Origin: Eledone cirrhosa
Taxonomy: Eukaryota
NCBI GenBank assembly: GCA_964016885.1
Contig: OZ024754.1
Coordinates: forward strand, 10,912,001-10,976,000
Direction of reading: 5' to 3'
Length of the DNA stretch: 64,000 nucleotides
Shown here in pieces: positions 26,901 through 40,724 of the stretch (position 1 is its first letter; the number at the start of each line of letters is the position of its first letter). Position numbers and translations under genes: made by a program. A model generated the notes under the pieces. The model did not search any database, had not been told where the DNA came from, and worked only from the letters and a program-made list of their open reading frames with translations.

Positions 26901-29900
26901 GCTTCTCACTAGAGCATAGACCTTTCAGTTAGTTATCCAATAGGCTATTGACACAGTTAACTGTGCTTCTCACCACAGTATAGACCTTTCAGTTAGTTAT
27001 CCAATAGGCTATTGACACAGTTAACTGTGCTTCTCACCACAGTATAGACCTTTCAGTTAGTTATCCAATAGGCTATTAACACAGTTAACTGTGCTTCTCA
27101 CCACAGTATAGACCTTTCAGTTAGTTATCCAATAGGCTATTAACACAGTTAACTGTGCTTCTCACCACAGTATAGACCTTTCAGTTAGTTATCCAATAGG
27201 CTATTAACACAGTTAACTGTGCTTCTCACCACAGTATAGACCTTTCAGTTAGTTATCCAATAGGCTATTAACACAGTTAACTGTGCTTCTCACCACAGTA
27301 TAGACCTTTCAGTTAGTTATCCAATAGGCTATTAACACAGTTAACTGTGCTTCTCACCACAGTATAGACCTTTCAGTTAGTTATCCAATAGGCTATTAAC
27401 ACAGTTAACTGTGCTTTTCACCACAGTATAGACCTTTCAGTTAGTTATCCAATAGGCTATTGACACAGTTAACTGTGCTTCTCACTAGAGTATAGACCTT
27501 TCAGTTAGTTATCCAATAGGCTATTGACACAGTTAACTGTGCTTCTCACTAGAGTATAGACCTTTCAGTTAGTTATCCAATAGGCTATTAACACAGTTAA
27601 CTGTGCTTCTCACTAGAGTATAGACCTTTCAGTTAGTTATCCAATAGGCTATTGACACAGTTAACTGTGCTTCTCACCACAGTCTAGACCTTTCAGTTAG
27701 TTATCCAATAGGCTATTGACACAGTTAACTGTGCTTCTCACTAGAGTATAGACCTTTCAGTTAGTTATCCAATAGGCTATTAACACAGTTAACTGTGCTT
27801 CTCACCACAGTATAGACCTTTCAGTTAGTTATCCAATAGGCTATTGACACAGTTAACTGTGGTTGTCACCACAGTATAGACCTTTCAGTTAGTTATCCAA
27901 TAGGCTATTAACACAGTTAACTGTGCTTTTCACCACAGTATAGACCTTTCAGTTAGTTATCCAATAGGCTATTGACACAGTTAACTGTGCTTCTCACTAG
28001 AGTATAGACCTTTCAGTTAGTTATCCAATAGGCTATTGACACAGTTAACTGTGCTTCTCACCACAGTATAGACCTTTCAGTTAGTTATCCAATAGGCTAT
28101 TGACACAGTTAACTGTGCTTCTCACCACAGTATAGACCTTTCAGTTAGTTATCCAATAGGCTATTGACACAGTTAACTGTGCTTCTCACTAGAGTATAGA
28201 CCTTTCAGTTAGTTATCCAATAGGCTATTGACACAGTTAACTGTGGTTGTCACCACAGTATAGACCTTTCAGTTAGTTATCCAATAGGCTATTGACACAG
28301 TTAACTGTGGTTGTCACCACAGTATAGACCTTTCAGTTAGTTATCCAATAGGCTATTAACACAGTTAACTGTGCTTCTCACCACAGTATAGACCTTTCAG
28401 TTAGTTATCCAATAGGCTATTGACACAGTTAACTGTGCTTCTCACCACAGTATAGACCTTTCAGTTAGTTATCCAATAGGCTATTAACACAGTTAACTGT
28501 GCTTCTCACCACAGTATAGACCTTTCAGTTAGTTATCCAATAGGCTATTGACACAGTTAACTGTGCTTCTCACCACAGTATAGACCTTTCAGTTAGTTAT
28601 CCAATAGGCTATTGACACAGTTAACTGTGCTTCTCACCACAGTATAGACCTTTCAGTTAGTTATCCAATAGGCTATTAACACAGTTAACTGTGCTTCTCA
28701 CTAGAGTATAGACCTTTCAGTTAGTTATCCAATAGGCTATTGACACAGTTAACTGTGCTTCTCACTAGAGTATAGACCTTTCAGTTAGTTATCCAATAGG
28801 CTATTGACACAGTTAACTGTGCTTCTCACCACAGTATAGACCTTTCAGTTAGTTATCCAATAGGCTATTAACACAGTTAACTGTGCTTCTCACCACAGTA
28901 TAGACCTTTCAGTTAGTTATCCAATAGGCTATTAACACAGTTAACTGTGCTTCTCACCACAGTATAGACCTTTCAGTTAGTTATCCAATAGGCTATTGAC
29001 ACAGTTAACTGTGCTTCTCACCACAGTATAGACCTTTCAGTTAGTTATCCAATAGGCTATTAACACTGTTAACTGTGCTTCTCACCACAGTATAGACCTT
29101 TCAGTTAGTTATCCAATAGGCTATTAACACAGTTAACTGTGCTTCTCACCACAGTATAGACCTTTCAGTTAGTTATCCAATAGGCTATTAACACAGTTAA
29201 CTGTGCTTCTCACCACAGTATAGACCTTTCAGTTAGTTATCCAATAGGCTATTAACACAGTTAACTGTGCTTTTCACCACAGTATAGACCTTTCAGTTAG
29301 TTATCCAATAGGCTATTGACACAGTTAACTGTGCTTCTCACTAGAGTATAGACCTTTCAGTTAGTTATCCAATAGGCTATTGACACAGTTAACTGTGCTT
29401 CTCACTAGAGTATAGACCTTTCAGTTAGTTATCCAATAGGCTATTAACACAGTTAACTGTGCTTCTCACTAGAGTATAGACCTTTCAGTTAGTTATCCAA
29501 TAGGCTATTGACACAGTTAACTGTGCTTCTCACCACAGTCTAGACCTTTCAGTTAGTTATCCAATAGGCTATTGACACAGTTAACTGTGCTTCTCACTAG
29601 AGTATAGACCTTTCAGTTAGTTATCCAATAGGCTATTAACACAGTTAACTGTGCTTCTCACTAGAGTATAGACCTTTCAGTTAGTTATCCAATAGGCTAT
29701 TAACACAGTTAACTGTGCTTCTCACCACAGTATAGACCTTTCAGTTAGTTATCCAATAGGCTATTGACACAGTTAACTGTGGTTCTCACCACAGTATAGA
29801 CCTTTCAGTTAGTTATCCAATAGGCTATTGACACAGTTAACTGTGGTTCTCACCACAGTATAGACCTTTCAGTTAGTTATCCAATAAGCTATTAACACAG

Positions 29901-32900
29901 TTAACTGTGCTTCTCACCACAGTATAGACCTTTCAGTTAGTTATCCAATAGGCTATTAACACAGTTAACTGTGCTTCTCACCACAGTATAGACCTTTCAG
30001 TTAGTTATCCAATAGGCTATTAACACAGTTAACTGTGCTTCTCACCACAGTATAGACCTTTCAGTTAGTTATCCAATAGGCTATTAACACAGTTAACTGT
30101 GCTTCTCACCACAGTATAGACCTTTCAGTTAGTTATCCAATAGGCTATTGACACAGTTAACTGTGCTTCTCACCACAGTATAGACCTTTCAGTTAGTTAT
30201 CCAATAGGCTATTAACACAGTTAACTGTGCTTCTCACCACAGTATAGACCTTTCAGTTAGTTATCCAATAGGCTATTAACACAGTTAACTGTGCTTCTCA
30301 CCACAGTATAGACCTTTCAGTTAGTTATCCAATAGGCTATTAACACAGTTAACTGTGCTTCTCACCACAGTATAGACCTTTCAGTTAGTTATCCAATAGG
30401 CTATTAACACAGTTAACTGTGCTTTTCACCACAGTATAGACCTTTCAGTTAGTTATCCAATAGGCTATTGACACAGTTAACTGTGCTTCTCACTAGAGTA
30501 TAGACCTTTCAGTTAGTTATCCAATAGGCTATTGACACAGTTAACTGTGCTTCTCACTAGAGTATAGACCTTTCAGTTAGTTATCCAATAGGCTATTAAC
30601 ACAGTTAACTGTGCTTCTCACTAGAGTATAGACCTTTCAGTTAGTTATCCAATAGGTTATTGACACAGTTAACTGTGCTTCTCACCACAGTCTAGACCTT
30701 TCAGTTAGTTATCCAATAGGCTATTGACACAGTTAACTGTGCTTCTCACTAGAGTATAGACCTTTCAGTTAGTTATCCAATAGGCTATTAACACAGTTAA
30801 CTGTGCTTCTCACTAGAGTATAGACCTTTCAGTTAGTTATCCAATAGGCTATTGACACAGTTAACTGTGCTTCTCACCACAGTATAGACCTTTCAGTTAG
30901 TTATCCAATAGGCTATTAACACAGTTAACTGTGCTTTTCACCACAGTATAGACCTTTCAGTTAGTTATCCAATAGGCTATTGACACAGTTAACTGTGCTT
31001 CTCACTAGAGCATAGACCTTTCAGTTAGTTATCCAATAGGCTATTGACACAGTTAACTGTGCTTCTCACCACAGTATAGACCTTTCAGTTAGTTATCCAA
31101 TAGGCTATTGACACAGTTAACTGTGCTTCTCACCACAGTATAGACCTTTCAGTTAGTTATCCAATAGGCTATTGACACAGTTAACTGTGCTTCTCACCAC
31201 AGTATAGACCTTTCAGTTAGTTATCCAATAGGCTATTAACACAGTTAACTGTGCTTCTCACCACAGTATAGACCTTTCAGTTAGTTATCCAATAGGCTAT
31301 TGACACAGTTAACTGTGCTTCTCACCACAGTATAGACCTTTCAGTTAGTTATCCAATAGGCTATTGACACAGTTAACTGTGCTTCTCACCACAGTATAGA
31401 CCTTTCAGTTAGTTATCCAATAGGCTATTGACACAGTTAACTGTGCTTCTCACCACAGTATAGACCTTTCAGTTAGTTATCCAATAGGCTATTGACACAG
31501 TTAACTGTGCTTCTCACCACAGTATAGACCTTTCAGTTAGTTATCCAATAGACTATTGACACAGTTAACTGTGCTTCTCACCACAGTATAGACCTTTCAG
31601 CTAGTTATCCAATAGGCTATTGACACAGTTAACTGTGCTTCTCACCACAGTATAGACCTTTCAGTTAGTTATCCAATAGGCTATTGACACAGTTAACTGT
31701 GCTTCTCACCACAGTATAGACCTTTCAGTTAGTTATCCAATAGGCTATTGACACAGTTAACTGTGCTTCTCACCAGAATATAGACCTTTCAGTTAGTTAT
31801 CCAATAGGCTATTTACACAGTTAACTGTGCTTCTCACCAGAGTATAGACCTTTCAGTTAGTTATCCAATAGGCTATTGACACAGTTAACTGTGCTTCTCA
31901 CCAGAATATAGACCTTTCAGTTAGTTATCCAATAGGCTATTGACACAGTTAACTGTGCTTCTCACCACAGTATAGACCTTTCAGCTAGTTATCCAATAGG
32001 CTATTGACACAGTTAACTGTGCTTCTCACTAGAGTATAGACCTTTCAGTTAGTTATCCAATAGGCTATTGACACAGTTAACTGTGGTTCTCACCACAGTA
32101 TAGACCTTTCAGTTAGTTATCCAATAGGCTATTGACACAGTTAACTGTGGTTCTCACCACAGTATAGACCTTTCAGTTAGTTATCCAATAGGCTATTGAC
32201 ACAGTTAACTGTGCTTCTCACCACAGTATAGACCTTTCAGTTAGTTATCCAATAGGCTATTGACACAGTTAACTGTGCTTCTCACCACAGTCTAGACCTT
32301 TCAGCTAGTTATCCAATAGGCTATTGACACAGTTAACTGTGCTTCTCACCACAGTCTAGACCTTTCAGCTAGTTATCCAATAGGCTATTGACACAGTTAA
32401 CTGTGCTTCTCACCACAGTATAGACCTTTCAGTTAGTTATCCAATAGGCTATTGACACAGTTAACTGTGCTTCTCACCACAGTCTAGACCTTTCAGCTAG
32501 TTATCCAATAGGCTATTGACACAGTTAACTGTGCTTCTCACCACAGTCTAGACCTTTCAGCTAGTTATCCAATAGGCTATTGACACAGTTAACTGTGCTT
32601 CTCACCACAGTATAGACCTTTCAGTTAGTTATCCAATAGGCTATTGACACAGTTAACTGTGCTTCTCACCACAGTATAGACCTTTCAGCTAGTTATCCAA
32701 TAGGCTATTGACACAGTTAACTGCGCTTCTCACCACAGTCTAGACCTTTCAGCTAGTTATCCAATAGGCTATTGACACAGTTAACTGTGCTTCTCACCAC
32801 AGTCTAGACCTTTCAGCTAGTTATCCAATAGGCTATTGACACAGTTAACTGTGCTTCTCACCACAGTATAGACCTTTCAGTTAGTTATCCAATAGGCTAT

Positions 32901-33565
32901 TGACACAGTTAACTGTGCTTCTCACCAGAATATAGACCTTTCAGTTAGTTATCCAATAGGCTATTGACACAGTTAACTGTGCTTCTCACCACAGTATAGA
33001 CCTTTCAGCTAGTTATCCAATAGGCTATTGACACAGTTAACTGTGCTTCTCACCACAGTATAGACCTTTCAGTTAGTTATCCAATAGGCTATTGACACAG
33101 TTAACTGTGCTTCTCACCACAGTCTAGACCTTTCAGTTAGTTATCCAATAGGCTATTGACACAGTTAACTGTGCTTCTCACCAGAATATAGACCTTTCAG
33201 TTAGTTATCCAATAGGCTATTGACACAGTTAACTGTGGTTCTCACCACAGTATAGACCTTTCAGTTAGTTATCCAATAGGCTATTGACACAGTTAACTGT
33301 GCTTCTCACCACAGTATAGACCTTTCAGTTAGTTATCCAATAGGCTATTGACACAGTTAACTGTGGTTCTCACCACAGTATAGACCTTTCAGTTAGTTAT
33401 CCAATAGGCTATTGACACAGTTAACTGTGCTTCTCACCACAGTCTAGACCTTTCAGTTAGTTATCCAATAGGCTATTGACACAGTTAACTGTGCTTCTCG
33501 CCACAGTATAGACCTTTCAGTTAGTTATCCAATAGGCTATTGACACAGTTAACTGTGCTTCTCAC
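17964..33565. repeat. 64-bp satellite array, ~244 copies, 15.6 kb
   Basis: Unit GACCTTTCAGTTAGTTATCCAATAGGCTATTGACACAGTTAACTGTGCTTCTCACCACAGTATA; register recurs every 960 bp (15 units) with no visible indel after the first unit. Confidence 0.99.
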
Positions 33566-33663
33566 TTATCACATTATAAGAAATTGGTAGATCAGTACCA
33601 TAAAATTGAAGACATAGTTAATCTGCAGTATCTGTAGAACATGCACATCATATTCCAAAATAA

Positions 33664-33960
33664 GCGACTGAGAGTGCAGGACTCTCCCCTGGACAGTATC
33701 TGCAGAACGAGCCTGAAGGCTCACCAGCCTGATGTTTATCCTGGTTTCCATGGCATTAAGCAACTAAGAGTGCATAACTCTCCCCTGGACAGGACACCAG
33801 TCCCTCACAGGGTTAAACTTCCAGCTATTGCTGGTACTCATTTTCAGCTGAGTATACTGGAGCAGCATGAAATGAAGTATTTTGCTCACAAACACAACAC
33901 ACAACCCATGACAATATAATCATAAGACCAACATCCTTACTACTAGGCCACGCGCCACCA
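33664..33960 (-). mobile_element. tRNA-derived CORE-like SINE family B
   Basis: Reverse complement of 62428-62720 (GTGGCCTAGT..GAGCAAAA..CTTCATTTC..TGCTCCAGTATACTCAGCTGAAAATGAGTACCAGC). Confidence 0.88.
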
Positions 33961-34075
33961 TGCACATTTTAATGTGTTGTATAAAATAGTTCAGAATTTC
34001 TACAAACAAATGATGTTTCTCATCATATCAATTTTTACCAATTGATTCTATCATAAATTATTAACTTAATAAATT

Positions 34076-34345
34076 TAACCCTTTTGATACCAACCCAACC
34101 AAAACTGGTTCTGGTTTTGTGAAACAAAACAACTCATTTTAAGGGGCTCCTATTTAAATTAAAATATTCCAACATAATTTGATATAAAAAATCATGTTAA
34201 GTTACTATCTAAGTAATGAAATAATTAATAATTTTAATACATCCTTCAAAACCAATTCTGGTTCTATGAAACAAAACCACCCAAATTAAAGGGTCTCTAT
34301 TTAAATTGAAATCTTCCAAAATAATAAGAACCATATATTATATTA
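34076..34345 (+). mobile_element. Decayed TTAA-CCC-ended DNA element fragment with internal duplication
   Basis: Starts TTAA|CCCTTTTGATACCAAC; 34100-34215 repeated at 34248-34350. Confidence 0.5.
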
Positions 34346-34352
34346 CTATCAT

Positions 34353-34720
34353 TTCGGAAGAAGGATCAGGATGGAGAGAGAGGTGCTGCACCCCAGCCGT
34401 TTCTATGAAAGATGGGTGAAAGTGGCGAGAATGGCCCGTGTGAATGGGCCTTCACTCTACATCAGACTATAGGTGAGGAAGATGAAAGACCAAGGGAGCA
34501 CCCCTTCTCTGTGCTCCTGAGGAGAAGGGTTGCACACTTTTTTCGGGGGTGTGTGCGACCTCTCTATTGAGGACTTTGTTATAAATTTTATTTTTGTTAT
34601 ATTTTATTTTATTTTTATATATTGTTATTGCCTCCTCCTTATTGAGGACGCCTTGTTTTGTAAACTCCCCCCATTGTACTTGTCCCACTTTTGATGCCCT
34701 GGTGGCAAATAAAAGAAACA
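34353..34720 (+). mobile_element. L1/Tx1-like LINE 3' end
   Basis: RKKDQ/IRMEREVLHPSRFYERWVKVARMARVNGPSLYIRL* followed by a T-rich UTR ending AATAAAAGAAA; clade assignment from recall. Confidence 0.6.
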
Positions 34721-34845
34721 TATCTTAGTAATGTGATAATTAATACTTGGTTGATCTTATCTTCCCCAACCAAGTAACCCATTAATGGATACTTGTGATT
34801 ACAAAAACATCTCGTGTCTTGATTCTTGCAGGAAATACATAATAT

Positions 34846-35022
34846 ATTGTTTCTACTTTAGGCACAAGGCCAGCAATTACCCAGTACATTACTGGTACTT
34901 TATTTTATCGACCCCATAAGGATGAAAGGCAAAGTTAACCGCGGCGGGATTTGAACTCAGACTGTAAAGGGTCGTAACTATGCTAGAAAGCATGGTGTCC
35001 GACCCTCTACCGATACTGCCAA
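34846..35022 (-). mobile_element. SINE family A
   Basis: Full match to other copies. Confidence 0.93.
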
Positions 35023-35059
35023 TATATTGATGGTTGAATAGTAGCTACCTAAACTGATG

Positions 35060-35240
35060 AATGCTCTAGCATTACTTCTTCATAGTCAGCCTATAAACTT
35101 TTCAGGCCACCCTCATATATGCTTATTAATAGGGTGTATGCACACCTCAGGGTCAACAGCCCAACTATGGGTTAAATAGCCTCACCATTCCACAATCAGC
35201 CAAGCATGGTGAGTACAGCTACATCCCTGATGTGACCAAA
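35060..35240 (-). mobile_element. Mariner MITE end joined to a second repeat; inverted homologue of 60855-61030
   Basis: GTCAGCCTATAAACTTTTCAGGCCACCCTCATA followed by ~120 bp matching the reverse complement of 60857-60978. Confidence 0.8.
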
Positions 35241-35610
35241 TGTTAATAGAATGTCATGACAACAGTTAATCTCTCTGGTAATAAATTCCCAATTAAAGTC
35301 TTTCATCAGCCTTAAAATTATCTCATAGGCCCAGAGAACACAATAAAGGGCACTCAGTGTATTTGTCTTATGAAATAAATACTCCCACCCTGGTTGTCAA
35401 ATTCATTCTGAAGTATTACAATATATACATTTTGCTTAGAATAGATTTGTACATTTGCTATTGGGTATCTGCCCAACATCTCACTCATCCATGGACCCAT
35501 ATCTCCTGATGGAGTCATAGGAACGCTATTGTAACATACAGTGTATCTCAGGCATTTTAAACCTGGTAGAGCCCATCCCTCTCTAGGTATGATCATAGCT
35601 GACTTCTTCC

Positions 35611-35611
<1 letters not shown>

Positions 35612-35670
<59 letters not shown>
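35612..35670. repeat. (GA)n microsatellite
   Basis: Direct inspection. Confidence 0.97.
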
Positions 35671-35674
<4 letters not shown>

Positions 35675-35969
35675 TGAACAGTCAAGAATCCTGGTGAGAC
35701 TGAGACATTCAGCGAAATATAGGGAAGAATAAGAGGGAAGAGAGATAGATGGAAAAAACGAAAAAGCTCTTCAGTAGGGAGGTAAAATGATAAAATAACA
35801 AAGTTATAGAAAGTGTGAGAGTGAACAAGAGACAGATAGATAGACAGAAGTAGAGATGAGGGAAGGGGGAGATATTCAAAGTGTGCATGTGTGTGTGTGG
35901 AGAGGGGGAGATCAAACTCATGAAAGCTAAGTAAAGGAAGGGAAGTAGCAAAGAGATATACAGGAAAAA

Positions 35970-36517
35970 TTGACCTCAGTATGGGACTGGTACTTTATTA
36001 ACTTTGAAAAGCTGAAAGGTTAAGTTAACCTCAGAGAAATTTGAACTCAGAGCACAGATATTTGGAATGAATACTGCAAAGCATTCTATTTATATGACTT
36101 TCTAATGTCTCTGCCAATTTGTTGCCGAAAATAGTTATATGTAAATAATGGCAAGATATAGTAATGGCAAAATAACAGTTTCTTACAAAGACACAAGGCC
36201 AGCAAATTTGGGCAAAGGGAAAGTTGATTATAAACAACCCCCACTACTTAACTGGTATTTTATTTTATCAACTCTGGAAGGAAGAAAGGCAAAGCTAACC
36301 TCGGCAAAATTTGAACTGTACAGAAGTAATAATTGTTTCTACTTTTGGCACAAGGCCAGCAATTATCCCAGTGCATTACTGGTACTTTATTTTATCGACC
36401 CCCGTAAGGTTGAAAGACACAGTTAACCTCAGCGGGATTTAAACTCAGACTGTAAAGGGCCGTAACTCCATGCTGCAAAGCATGGCGTCCGACCCTCCAC
36501 CGATACTGCCAATCCAC
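35970..36517 (-). mobile_element. Cluster of three SINE family A copies (two old, one young at 36330-36517)
   Basis: Three successive CTGGTA-TTTATT..GAAAGG..AAGTTAACCTC..TTTGAACT motifs. Confidence 0.85.
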
Positions 36518-36537
36518 ATAATAATAATAATAATAAT

Positions 36538-36736
36538 GAAATTATTGTGTAAAGTGCTCAGGTGCACTACAACTCGTCAAAGGTGTATGTATAGTACATA
36601 GAATAATACACAAATGTCAGGGAAGTACATGTGTGTATGTGTTAGCTGTAGTGTTGGCGGATCTCGGGAAGCATGGAGGCCTTAAAGGATGCAGTGTCTC
36701 GACAGCTAACAACTGATGCAGGTAGTTTGTTCCATG
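36538..36736 (-). mobile_element. CR1/L2-like LINE 3' end with (ATT)n tail
   Basis: Reverse complement of the 16288-16418 family. Confidence 0.82.
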
Positions 36737-37166
36737 ATAATTATATCTATCTAATATAGGGTCAGAAATTTGGGGATGGATGTTGTCAGTAATTTTATTC
36801 CAGACAGATGAAAAGTTAACTTAGGCATGAGATGAACTCAGAATGCAGACAGCAAGAACAAATAAGTGCCAAGCATTCTATCAAAGGCTCCAATGACTGC
36901 CATTCTATTACCCTACACACACAAAATAACAACACATGCTCAGAGATTCATCTAAAAATTCTACTGTTTCTAACACTTCTAAAATTCAGGGACTTCGAAG
37001 CTAAGTAAAAGAAGGATTTGTTATGATCATATACTGGTTTTGTAACTTGTATTGTTCACGATAAAAATTTAGAATGTGCTACAAAAGATTTCTTTACTAC
37101 TTCTAACAATTTCATATTATTTCAACTGCACTATTTATAAAATATAAAATACTTTTATTTAAACTT

Positions 37167-37511
37167 AGCTGCCGAGACACTGCATCCTTTAAGACACTCA
37201 TGCTTCCCAAAATACGGCAAAACTACACCTGATGTACCCCTTCCATACACATGCACACGTGTGTATCATGACTCGTGCACTGTTCATTTTACTGATGTTT
37301 GTGCATTGCCCTTTGTACTGTACATGCACTTTTTTGATGAGTTGTGGTGCACCTGGGCACTGTACACAATATTTCATTATTGTTATTGTTATTATATCAT
37401 GACTCATACACTGTTCATTTTCCTGACATTTGTACATTATTCTATGTACTATACATGCACCTTTGATGAGTTGTAGTGCACCTGAGCACTGTACACAATA
37501 ATTTCATTATT
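37167..37511 (+). mobile_element. CR1/L2-like LINE 3' end with tandemly duplicated 3' UTR
   Basis: ATCATGACTC...GCACTGTACACAATA-TTCATTATT occurs twice (37265-37381, 37396-37511). Confidence 0.82.
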
Positions 37512-37950
37512 ATATATATATATTTATTTAAGAAAGTAATTTACTTTATCATAATATTCAATATCAATGATATACCACTGATATATACATATATATGTAT
37601 ATATATTTATATATATATATATACATACATACATACATATATACATACACACATATATATATACACACATATATATATACACACATATATATATATACAC
37701 ACATATATATATATATATATAAAGCACCCAGACCACACTGTAAAGTGGACGTGTAGGCGCCATGGAAAAAAAAGCACCCAGCACTCACTGTAAATGAGGT
37801 TGGTGTTAGGAAGGGCATCCAGCTGTAGAAATCAAGCCGAAATCAATTCCATATGAGCAAGACAAGGTCACCCGACCTGGCATTGCTGACAACAGGACAA
37901 CCCGTCGAACCCATGCTAGCGTGGAAGAATGGACATAAAACCGTGATGAT

Positions 37951-37962
37951 GATATACATATG

Positions 37963-37998
<36 letters not shown>

Positions 37999-38741
37999 TA
38001 TACAGGCACATATACATACATATACATATATATACAGGCACATATACATACATATACATATATATACAGGCACATATACATACATATACATATATATACA
38101 GGCACATATACATACATATACATATATGTATATATGAATATATATATGAATATATGCATGTATATGAATATATATATGTATATATATGTATGTATATGCA
38201 TATGTATATGCATGTATATGTATGTATACATATGCATATATTCATATATATGCATATCCATATATATATATATTCATATACATGCATATACATATATATA
38301 TACATATACATGCATATACATATATACATGCATATACATATATATATATACATGCATATACATATATATATACATATACATGCATATACATATATATATA
38401 TATACATGCATATACATATATATATATACATATACATGCATATACATATATATATATACATATACATGCATATATATATACATATACATGCATATATATA
38501 TACATATACATCTATATATATACATACACATATACATATATATATACATACACATATACATATATATATACATACACATATATATATATACACATATACA
38601 TATATATATACATACACATATATATATATACACATATACATATATATATATACACATATACATATATATATATACACATATATATATACACATATATATA
38701 TATACACATATACATATATATATATATACACATATACATAC

Positions 38742-38772
<31 letters not shown>

Positions 38773-39052
38773 TATCCATATATATATATGCATACATATA
38801 TATATATACATACATATATATATATACATACATAGATACATATATATATATATACATATATATATATACAATCATACATACATATATACATATACATATA
38901 TACAATCATACATACATATATACATATACATATACATACATATACATACATATATATATATATATACATATATATTATCATACATATACATATATATACA
39001 TATACATACATATATATATACATATATATAATCATACATATACATACATATA
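37951..39052. repeat. TA/CA-rich compound microsatellite
   Basis: Direct inspection. Confidence 0.98.
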
Positions 39053-39339
39053 ATCAGTAGCACTAACATCGCATGGTTCATAATCGGAGTGTATATGAAA
39101 GCATATAGGCTATGTTTATGTATCATAAATGCAAATGAGCATCTTCAGCTCAAGTTTCACACACACAAAAAAACACTTCAGCTATCAACTTATTACTGAT
39201 GTTGGATAAAAATCCAGAAACACAAGTCTGGCATTCTCACCGGCTTATGAGATAGCTGTGACATGGTGACAGTTTTAAATATCCAAAGAGAGACTCTTGT
39301 AAGCTTATTGAACATAAACATATCATTTATGCCTACATG

Positions 39340-39481
39340 GAGGCACATGGCTTAGTGGTTAGAACATTGGGCTTGCAATCAAAAGGTTGTGAGTTCATTT
39401 CTCAGACCGGTTGATGTGTTGTTTGCTTGAGCAAGACACTTTATTTCACATTGCTCCAGTTTACTCAGCTGTAGAAATGAG
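39340..39481 (+). mobile_element. CORE-like SINE 5' half
   Basis: TGGCTTAGTGGTTAG (A box), GAGTTCATTTC (B box), CTTGAGCAAGACACTTTATTTCAC..AAATGAG. Confidence 0.85.
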
Positions 39482-39954
39482 ATGATAGGACTGGGGTCCC
39501 TATTATTCCACTGCAAAGTGGTCGTGGAGGTGCCACCGCAAAAAAAAAAAAGCACCCAGCTCACACTGTAAAGTGGACGTGGAGGTGCCACGGCAAAAAA
39601 GCACCCAGCATTCACTGTAAATAAGGTTGGTGTTAGGAAGAGCATCCAGCTGTAGAAATCAAGCCAGAATCAGTTCCCGTCCCACCCTTGCAAGCAGGGA
39701 AAAGCAGACGTAAAATGATGTTGATGATGATATACATGCAGGCACATGTGTGTATGCCTGCTATCTAGATTTTCTCCAACATGTGGCCAGTCCATCATAT
39801 GTATATCATATCTATGAATTCCCCACTTGATTAATCATTTACAAACATAACATTCTATAAATGACATTTAATTTATGGACTGTGTTTACAAATTAGTCCT
39901 TTATAATGTTTATTATCACCTGATTTCTGTACCCATCATGTGTTATTGATAAGA

Positions 39955-40155
39955 ACGGGGGTCAGCTAAAAAGTTCATAGAGTGACCAACATACTCTCAT
40001 GGAATGACCAAATGAGGTTTATATTTAAGCATAGTCTCTGGAAAGAAACAATGCAGTTATTAAAAAGAAAAGTTGAAATTAATGCATGCAAGATTTCGCA
40101 GCTCTAGCATCACTCCTTCATAGTCAGCCTATGAACTTTTCAGTTGACCCTCATA
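39955..40155. mobile_element. Mariner-derived MITE (~200 bp)
   Basis: TIRs GGGTCAGCTAAAAAGTTCATAG / CTATGAACTTTTCAGTTGACCC, matching the TIR at 14146-14180. Confidence 0.88.
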
Positions 40156-40171
40156 AGTATCCCTTCTTGCC

Positions 40172-40482
40172 ATTCTGAGTTCAAATCCCGCCGAGGTTAA
40201 CTTTGCCTTTCATCTTAACGGGGGTCGATAAAATAAAGTACCAGTAATACACTGGGGTAATTGCTGGCCTTGTGCCAAAAGTAGAAACAATTATAACTAA
40301 CTTGGCAGTATCAGTAGAAGGTCGGACGCCATGCTTTGCAGCATAGAGTTACGCCCCTTTATGGTGTGAGTTCAAATCCTGCCAAGGTTCACTTTGCCAT
40401 TCATCCTTACGGGGTCGATAAAATAAAGTACCAGTAATGTACTGGGGTAATTGCTGGCCTTGTGCCAATAGTAGAAACAATT
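40172..40482 (+). mobile_element. Two tandem SINE family A copies
   Basis: Both end GTAGAAACAATTATAACTAAC. Confidence 0.92.
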
Positions 40483-40724
40483 ATAACTAACACCACCAAG
40501 AAACTCTGGACAAAAACAAAAAAAACAAGAGTCCATCCTGTTACATAGCTTTAAATTAAATATCTAATTAGAATGTGATTGTTATAGATTAAGGGATATC
40601 TGAAGATTGTTGGCTTTTGTCAGATCCATCTCCTGAAAGTCTACATGTTCAAACTTCCCTGTTATAAATATTTAGTAAGTTAGTATGAAAAAGAATGCCC
40701 TTAAAAAATATATAGTATTTTGAT

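Noticed and set aside
17964-33565. CRISPR-like array (palindromic repeats)
   Set aside because: No unique spacers, no cas genes, eukaryotic context; pure tandem satellite.
17964-33565. Hammerhead ribozyme satellite
   Set aside because: The minus strand has CTGAAAG, not CTGANGA, and no correctly placed GAAA.
35354-35596. 80-aa minus-strand ORF
   Set aside because: No recognisable domain and no convincing splice-site pair.
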